DNA of 61,122 nucleotides, the filler included, from Platydemus manokwari (taxonomy: Eukaryota): the NCBI GenBank assembly GCA_037951405.1. It is 5 parts of 5 records of this genome, joined end to end, with 100 filler letters (N's around TTAATTAATTAA, not from the genome) between each part and the next. Parts side by side here need not be neighbours in the genome. Positions count along the whole stretch, not along the records: positions 44,569 to 61,122 come from JBBMOY011164768.1; 4 more parts are not named here. One strand, written 5' to 3'. Below the pieces are notes generated by a model, which saw only the letters and a list, made by a program, of their open reading frames with translations, was not told the origin of the DNA and searched no databases. A program made the position numbers and the translations under genes. This document shows positions 52,301 to 61,122 of this stretch, one piece after another (positions within the stretch are counted from its first letter, which is position 1; every line of letters begins with the position of its first letter).

Positions 52301-55300
52301 GAAACTGTTTTACAAATAGATATTTTAACTACAAATAGTATAAAATGAATATAAAAAATTGTATCTGTAAATCTGTATAAGTATAAACAGAAAAAATTGA
52401 TCTTCATTTTATCATATAATTATCTTACGATAAGAAATACAAAAAAGATTTTTTTATTATAAGAAAAAATTAAGAAATGCTAGACTGTCTACATCAATTC
52501 GGAAACTAAAATAGAACTTAAAAATCACGATCAACTAGTCTTTTAACGAACCAAAATTAGTCAGTGTCGATTCGTGAAATAGTTTGCTCCAGGCAGAAGA
52601 AACCACAAAATTCAAATTAACGTCTGCTAGCAAATTACGAAGGTAAATATTGTACATGGCAATCAGAAATTGAACGCTTCTGAGGTGTAATATTTTAAAA
52701 TCAAATTAAAGTAAGATTTGTTAATCATATGTGGTCAATCTGATAGATGTGTTGTCGACATTTCATAAAGTCTTTTGTCTGAGATAAAATTCTTGATGAT
52801 TTTTAAAGAGGTTGATTGTCAGTTAATAATTTCTTTTTAGTGATGAAAAAATTAAGAAAATAATATTTATTATTAAATTGAGCTGAATTTTCCCATTACC
52901 ACCATCATACGAGGACTGAATAAGAAAGACCCGAATATATACTGCTGGAGTACTCAGCATCGATCACTTTGAATTTAGAATAAATAAATTTAACATTTCT
53001 ACATGTGTCCTCATATAATATTTTATAAATATTTGTAGTAGTCTGAGATTAATGTATTATTTAATAAACATGTCTATATTGTGCTTGTAAACAAGATATA
53101 AAGTAGAATTATTATTTAATTAGACTGTAAAATAAAAAATTTTGCGTGTACATAGGATGTTAAAGTTTTTATACTGTATAATTATTCATTATAAGAACCC
53201 AGAAATACTTCACAATGAAATACAATCTCTAAAGATGACTTATTTATAAAAATCGGAATGTTAACACAACCCGTTATACATGTTTTCAAATATTTCCTAA
53301 AGAATCTAAATATATTGGACAAATAATCATTTATTATAAAACTGTATCGAATGTAATTTTACTATAAATAATTTTTATGATCCAATAGTATATTTTTTAT
53401 AAATTTTTGTTTTAAATATCGTTTAATAATATTGATTTTTTTGCTTTATAATGTAGTTTTTATTGCAGTAATAATTTCTTCATACATTTGTTAAAAAATG
53501 TTGATTTTCAAAATTAAAATTCTAGATATATAGATGCATAAAAACTGAAAACAGATCGATTCAACTTTATTAAAATACTTATATTTCAGAAAATATGAAC
53601 AAAAATCGATAGGTATTGTAACCCTTTTAAAGGAGAATCGATATTTCGTAGATCGAAAGAGTTTTTAAATGATTATTCTCTTACCCATTTGGAGTGTCTG
53701 GTCTGACTTAAAATATAGATTCGTTGTTTTTCTCAATTTGAATTTATCTTATTGAGTTTTTGATTTCTTTTCGATTAATGATTTTGAAAAATCATGCAAA
53801 AAAAAGAATAATAGTTGTAAAACGTGCACTAACTAAATCCTACTCATTAAGATTAATTTATTCATAACTTTTTGGATCAATATTTGTAAACTGACATTTG
53901 ATTTTTATGCGGTAATTTTCATCCAAATAATTTTATAACTACTGTAATGTGCTGGGAGTCGAATTACAGATATAAAAAATATGATATTTAACATTGTGAA
54001 GGGAATGGTGAGAAGATATTTATTTAAGAGAGTTATAGGCTTAACTAGTACATATATTACCGATTTATTGAAATTAAATACATTCACACTAATAAATAAA
54101 TAGAGAAAAGATTGTTTAAAATAAAATTATTTCTCTCACTGTTAGAAGTGCTTCACTTGAATATATTAGTCACAAGTGGTCTTGACAGGCATTTAAATTC
54201 GTTAATTAATTCCGATTTCAAAATATTTACCAAATTATAAGCTTCAAATTAATAAAATATAAATTTCTTGCAGAATTTTCATTAAATAATAATTTATTTT
54301 TAATTGCACCAAATATTGAAGAAAAACAAAACTAAAAATATCATCAATATAGAAAACGGTTTTGTTTTGAAGCATAGTTATTAAATTAAAGGCTATGATT
54401 AAAGATAATTGAAAAACATAATTAATCAAATATTATTGCCTACTAAATGGCCAGTTAATTTATGATAAAGAAAAACTTTTGCTACTTCGAAAATCTTGTA
54501 AATAGAGGGACTAACACAAGATAATGATTGAAATTCGAACTGAGAGTACCCCTGATTAAATTTCTAGAAAAAGACTAATATGAATTTTGTTATAAATAGT
54601 GCAAAATTTCGCCTGCACAAAACTAAAGATTAACAAGTAGAAGCAGTTTTTTAATGAATGCCGGGGAAAAAAATTACGAAAAAAAGTAACATTACATGTA
54701 TGCATCAGAGCAAAATATTTTAAAATGCTGAATAACCTTCTGTCTAAGTCAAAGTGTTTTGTATCTTTAATTTTGTAACTTTCTGAGTTGATTAATGTAT
54801 ATATTAATGATTAATGTATATCTAATCATTACGGCCAATGGAGTCAGATTACTAGATTTGGTTATATACCGATGTATCAATAATTAACGGGGTTTTGTAA
54901 GTTTTTAATTAATTTATTGATTTCTTTAGAATTGGAGGCCAAATTGAATCACTTCACTTTTAACATACGACAAGTACAAAACTATAAAAGTAGTCGAATA
55001 GTACTAATATTAAAACTTCTCATTGTTAACGAGCAAACTAGTATTCATAGCACGACAATTTTTAGTATAAACGCATAATCCTCCTTAAAACACGAATCAC
55101 TTCACTTTGAAACAATTTGGTTAATTTTTCTGTCAACGCTAAGTAATATTGTTGCCGAAAATTAATAAAATGTACAGAAAACATTGAAAACAATATTCAA
55201 TGATTAATTAAAATACTTTTACATATTTTCTCTTTTATTGTAATCAACTGGTATTTTAAATGTGTTTTATTTATTTTCACTTTCAATTAATCATTATATT

Positions 55301-56254
55301 AATTTTCTTATACAGTATTCCTCTACCCAACCGTCAATTCCAAATGGATGATACAAAAATAAAAAGTTCATTTGATTGTTTTTTATTATTTTTCTTATAA
55401 AAAAATTCCCCTTAACCGCCACAATTTTCCAATTCCCAAAAAGTAGCAGCTAGGAGGAGTACGGCAATATTAGAACTCAGTTGTCGACCTTATTGTCAAC
55501 AGTGAGCAATTATCAAACCACTCAAACTCAACAATTCAAATCAAATGTATATTAATATTTCTTGAAAATGAAATTGGTCACACATGATTGCCAATTTATC
55601 TTGTCAAACAATTTATGCTTTCAAGCTCCTCTAATATTTGATCCTCTGATTAATACAAACAACAATTTGTCTTATAATTCACTAATTAATTAATCCATTA
55701 AATGCAAAATTCCACATCGTGGCACATTTATATGGCTTAGAAATGACAACCTATTTGGCCATTATCCTAGAATAATGACGTTGCTTCCAATCACAAATAT
55801 AATCAAGCTAAAATTAAACCTTTCTAATAACTGTATAAATTGTGTGGAAATAAATATTTTTTCAAAAATAAACTCCATCTTTTATAGCACCTGACTGAAC
55901 ATGGATAAAAATAAGAAATAATCAATGAAAAACGCTAATGTCAATATTCGGTGATCATATTCCATCATGATGAGTAAATGCTATGAAAGTGACATCAAAA
56001 CCAGTCATGCGGAACAACAATTTCCATCCAATCAATACCTTTAAATCAACGAATTATCGAATAATTCAAAAACAACCTTTGCTATAACTTATCCAATAAT
56101 CAATACCAGATTTCTAAACCCGATATTTAGAAATTTTCATTGAAAAAAAAAATTCAAAACCAAGTCAACTAGGCTAATATAGAATATTTGAAAATCAACT
56201 CCAAGCACGATTATCGCATACATATATATATATCGATAATCTGACATCATTTTT

Positions 56255-57392
56255 TTATGGCTTATACTCATTCAACAGATGATTCGAGAATTGTGTTACC
56301 TTATCAACGCCTCGAACCTCATATTCCAATAAAGGCATCTTTATAACGTGCATATCATCATACAAATCTTCGATTTCTGACAGATATTTGTTTTGGATCT
56401 TTGTTCGAGAGGCACACATCGAACAGTGGGAATTTTTGTCGGGAAACAATAATTGGTTCACCACAACATGGTTGACATGGATATTCTGAACATGGAGCTC
56501 TTGTACCAATCGTTCCGTTTCATAAAGACTCAAAAATTCCGGAATACAAACACACACAAAAGTCGTTTGGTGAGGATTTTTGAATTGGTCGGTGATCTTT
56601 TTTACCAGGGGCATTTTTTCTTCCAACAAACGTGTGGCTTCATTTTTCTGATCTCCAAGACCGAGCCAACCACAGAGTTGGTTCAATATCGGTCCGAACT
56701 GTGCAAAAAGTATTTTAAAAAGTATATTCAAATTGAAATAGTCGAAAAACTATTATTTAAAAGAGAAAAGATTAGAAGAAAATTCCAACCTGATTCTTTA
56801 AACCGAGAACTTTACCAAGGCTTTTTTCCATCATTTCGGGAAATGCTAACAATCGTAAAGTATGGCCAGTGGGTGCAGTGTCAAAAACAACGACAGAATA
56901 ATCCATACTATCAACTAATCGAAACACTTCTGTATATGATGTGTATTCGTCCATTCCGGGAAAATTATTCAGCAATTCTCCTATTAATTTGCGAAAATTA
57001 GCAGCTTCTGCTTGTTCGTTTTCACCTAAGCAATTCAATTCCAATTCAGTTAAATTTACAGTTGGATCTATCTCCATAGCATAGAGATTATTGAACCCCT
57101 AACAATTTCATTATGGTTTAAATAATTTAATTTAAAAAGTAATTTAATTTACCTTTATTAAAGTAGGAATTTTACCAACTTTCTGATCGAATGCAGCGGA
57201 AACATTATGAGCTGGATCTGTACTGATTAATAAAACTCGTTCTCTACATTTTGATAACTGAATAGCTAAACTACAACTACAAGTTGTCTTTCCAACACCA
57301 CCTTTCCCACCAACAAATATCCATTTGAGAGACTTTTTGTTTAATAACTCTTCAATGTTAGGAGACATTAAATCATCAGATGTAAATGACAT
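56255..57392 (-). CDS. GET3: GET3/ASNA1 (TRC40) ATPase, 330 aa. Exons 57392-57153, 57098-56790, 56698-56255
   Basis: [64 protein letters not shown] and CxxC. Two phase-0 GT-AG introns give an open 993-nt frame. Confidence 0.97.
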
Positions 57393-59289
57393 GATTATAA
57401 TACGTACACTAAGTAATTTAAAGAAATAATCGAATTAATTACACAAATAATTACATAATAGAATAAACAAACAAAAACTATTTGTTTGAAAATTTTATAT
57501 AACGATAACATTTTAATTTACATTTTAAATTATGAAAGTAACAGTTAGGAATCGCAAATTATGAAAAAAGAGTACTAGGTAAAAAAAATTAAAAGTCTTA
57601 ATTTCAAAACCAAGATAAATTAAAGTGATAGTTGATTTTCAAATAATTTTAGAGAATAAAAAACGGTTAACTTTTTGAAATAATTTTTTTCAATTTCGAC
57701 TAATGTTTTGGAAATCTACAACAAAATATAGTACAAATTTATGAAATTATCATGTATTTATTATTCGAATGATCAAATTGATATGAAATAAGATTTTTGT
57801 ATAAGAGATATTCAAATTCTATAACAAATAAGCTTTACCGAAGATATATTTTATCCTTAATCTTCAAAATAGAAAGAGGAAATTTTCGAGGTAATTCAGA
57901 AATTTTCAAATATCATTAATTACGTGGATGAGATTTGTGCAACACTATCAAAAAGAAAATGATTTCAAAGATTACAAAATATCAGTCAATTAACAAGCAG
58001 CCGTTAAAAAGAAAATCTAGTCAAATAACATTGAAGCTATGAATCTATTAGTAATTATTTTTATTAAAAGTGTTCTTAGATCACAAGATTTATTACATTT
58101 AAAGAGTGAAAAAATTAGTGACAGCACTGAACCCATATCACAAAATATGGTTTAAATATATCATTTTAAACTTTGTACAATACTGTGTAATCCAGGAGAA
58201 AGCGAAGAATATTTGCTTTTTAATCTTTGCAATTCAATAAAAATTATAAAATAATATTATTGTTCTTATTATGTTTGAAACAAAATTAAACCCAATAGAG
58301 ATTATTATAATAGTCGATAAACTATTAGATAAATTTAAACAATTTTTAAAATAAAACATAATTATTTGTATAATTTTCCTATGTAAACCTACAAAGAGTA
58401 TACGTTATCGACTTAAATGATACAAATGATATATTCTATAAGTTTATTGTGCAATTACCGTTTGTTATTAATAAAAATTTTAGTCAATTTACTACAAACA
58501 AAGTAAAGCTTCAAAATGAGTACTTTAGAAAGCTAGTTAGTAAAGTATGGCTCAGGTAGATAACTTCCTTTTTGCTGACATTTTATATAATATAGATTTT
58601 GAATTAATATTATTACAAATTGAATTTCTCTCTTTTACGTTTTAGTCATTTTCGTGATATTTTTACAGTCATAGTTATACACCTTATTTAAATTCCTAAA
58701 GTCACTAACACCAATGACAATGAGCAATGATTTGTGATCTGTATTTAATCAGTCACTAAGGCTTGTCACTATAAATATTTATTATTAAATAACCGTGACA
58801 CAAATTGGCAATAAAATAAGTTAAAAATTGCAGGTTAAATTTAATATTGTATCGAATTTCAAAGCGGACCTTAACGGTTCCTGTATTAAGAATGACGGTT
58901 TATAAGCACCTTCTCGTAAAGCAAAACCAGCAACCTTTCAATACGTTTGAATTAAACTATGTGATAAGAAATAGACGATATAATATTGATCAGTTTTTAT
59001 CCAAATGTATCTTACTGTAGGATCTTCCAGTAAAATACTGGGCATATATGGACTTCTCATCTCCGACACTGAATTATCTTCTTGTGCTATTATTTATTTG
59101 AAAAAATATGTTCTATCCTCGTGTATAACGATTGTGCCTTAACTTACTCTGTGAATTGAGTCTCTAATAATGTGTCCAATATTTTGTCAGTGGTAATAGT
59201 GACTGCTGCGATGAGTCACTCGTAGATATTTCCTATAATTAAATTTAATGTCATGCATTTATCGCTTTTACACGAGAATTTATTTATTG

Positions 59290-59730
59290 CAAAGAGAAAT
59301 TCTCTCTGATTAAATTTAATAGACTGAATATATTATTCACTGCCTTGATTTCTTATGCCCTATAATATGTGTCACTTTATTTGTCAGTGTTATTGCACGA
59401 TAATATATTACATGTTGTTATTTTATGAACTAATTTATTATTTAGGGAATTAAGTATGTTATGGCTAAATGGATTTTACTGATAATATTATTTTAGATAC
59501 TCATAGATTATAATTATTATAAATACTCAATATTATATTTTATAAGTATCATTTCAAACTAATTTTACTAAAGCTTTCTAACAATTGTCAAATCATGAAA
59601 AAACTGATTAAATACAAAATTATTAAATGTGTAATAGGTATTACCATGCATAAAAATACAATTGTCATAAAAATGAGCATACAAAGTTTAGTTTGATTTA
59701 GTTGTTTTGCCAAAACTATACATTTATGAT
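59290..59730 (+). repeat. Unclassified dispersed repeat, copy 2 (of ~970-1400)
   Basis: Colinear diverged match to 970-1400. Confidence 0.7.
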
Positions 59731-59785
59731 TTTTAGATGTCAATTATGTTTTTAAATATTGGTTGCCAGATTTCTTCATTTTTAA

Positions 59786-59856
59786 CACGTTGACGGACAC
59801 TTGCGTCTATAACCGTTAATTTCGAACTTCATTTGTTTCTACTGTCCGTCAATGCG
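59786..59856. mobile_element. 71-bp piggyBac-type MITE
   Basis: TTAA on both sides (59782-59785, 59857-59860) and TIRs cacgttgacggaca / tgtccgtcaatgcg (12 of 14 paired). Confidence 0.75.
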
Positions 59857-60279
59857 TTAATATTCAAATCGAAAGTCATCAAATCAACAGAACAAAAAAT
59901 CTATTCGTCAATACATCAATTTCCAAGCAAATTTTAAATATTAAATTTAAATTTATTTGTAAACAATCCTTAAATTATATAAATTTAAAATTTTCATTTA
60001 TTATCAATTTATTCCCTCTGTTTTCCTTATTTTATTTATTTTTATCTCTTGTTCATTGATTTAATTCTTGTAAATAATAAAATGTGTTTTATAGATTGAT
60101 CTGATTTATAAATAATCACAAGATTGGCAGTTAATCACAAATGGTGCAATGAAATAAATAAATAAAGAAAAAAGTCAAATAATCAAATAATGAGTCTCAC
60201 ATAATAATCACAAAATCAGAATTGTTATTTGAGATTCGAAGTAATTTACTATTTGGCTGGGATATGAAATTCAAAGATT

Positions 60280-60530
60280 TGGATGTTGCTGATCTCAGGT
60301 GTCTAAATCCACCCACCAGCTTTTCTCTTCTCAGGTCTTTCTATGCATTTCTCAGCTCTTTTTCAGACTGGACCACTGTTATCATGTGTATTGGGTCCTT
60401 ATAAGTTCCTGATTTTATATTTGTCAAACTTAGCTTAGTCAGATGTTTTATTGTTTCTGTTTTGGCATTTTTTATCCATTCACAACATGAGCTAATGGTG
60501 ATGGGTATTTTCTCATCTTCGTTTTTCTCA
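60280..60530 (-). pseudogene. Degenerate coding fragment homologous to ~20830-21100
   Basis: Shared nucleotide blocks aaatccac..ccagcttttct, ttttcagactg..ccactg and ttttggca. It has an internal TAG and a frameshift. Confidence 0.55.
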
Positions 60531-61122
60531 TTATCTGAGTGGAACACTCACCAAACCATGATTTTCCAACGATTATTTTAAAATAATAATTTAAATAACA
60601 ATCGTCAATTTAAAAAATTTTCACATATTTGTCAGATAAAATAAATATAAGAATCATTTACAGAATTATTAAACAAGAAATATCATATCAGTTGGAAACA
60701 TTAATAACAAAAATAATGCAAATTCAAATGTTGGGATCATTTATAATAGAAATGTCAATTTAAATATCCATATCCACATCACATGTGGTTCAATTATGTA
60801 ATATGGATTTGAAAGAGTTTGGTTTAGACTGTCGATCTGATCGTTTGGGTCGACTTTGATTTGAATATATTGGTTTGCAAACCGTAACATCATTCACATT
60901 TAGAGAACTCAAAAAATTGATCAATAAAGATACACGGTTTAATATCCTGTTCTTAAAGCTGAGGAAAAGTTAAAATTAATACAATCATTAACCTGAGGTG
61001 AATACAACAAACAATCGTTTACAAATAGCAAAATCATGTGAGAAGAGAAAAGAAATAGTTATGAAAATAATAATTAACGTGATAAAAATTAAGGCCGATG
61101 CCAAAATTTTGGTATTGTAAAT

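Noticed and set aside
56453-57001. 182-aa plus-strand ORF
   Set aside because: Antisense to GET3, non-ATG start and no recognisable motifs.
1-61122. CRISPR arrays, rRNA, tRNA, SL RNA or prokaryotic defence systems
   Set aside because: No repeat-spacer array or recognisable structural RNA was seen, and the DNA is eukaryotic with spliceosomal introns.

Overview
Very AT-rich, intron-containing animal genomic DNA, most likely a planarian flatworm. That assignment is an inference from the 41-55 nt introns, an AVRLMRLamide prohormone and a NeSL-like retroelement. The window is a scaffold with five gaps, four carrying an artificial TTAATTAATTAA linker. Well-supported genes: two tandem transformer-2 (RS-RRM-RS) paralogues, a tandem-RING protein, a myomodulin-like (AVRLMRLamide) neuropeptide precursor, the 5' half of a p24/TMED GOLD-domain gene, a single-exon ankyrin-repeat/TRPM-like channel and GET3/ASNA1. 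Less certain: a ~490-aa orphan with a SIM-like motif and a small Cys-rich gene. The rest is mostly decayed mobile DNA: Gypsy fragments, an RLE non-LTR element, piggyBac, mariner, a five-copy GG-TIR MITE family and solo-LTR candidates. Best leads: (1) the intronless TRPM-like channel whose SLOG/MHR1-2 N-terminus appears replaced by ankyrin repeats; (2) the tra-2 pair, each followed by a splice-site-bounded AGAA cluster that could be a Tra2 auto- or cross-regulatory exon; (3) the duplicated non-canonical RING protein. No rRNA, tRNA or CRISPR was seen. No searches were run, so every family call is by-eye motif recognition.
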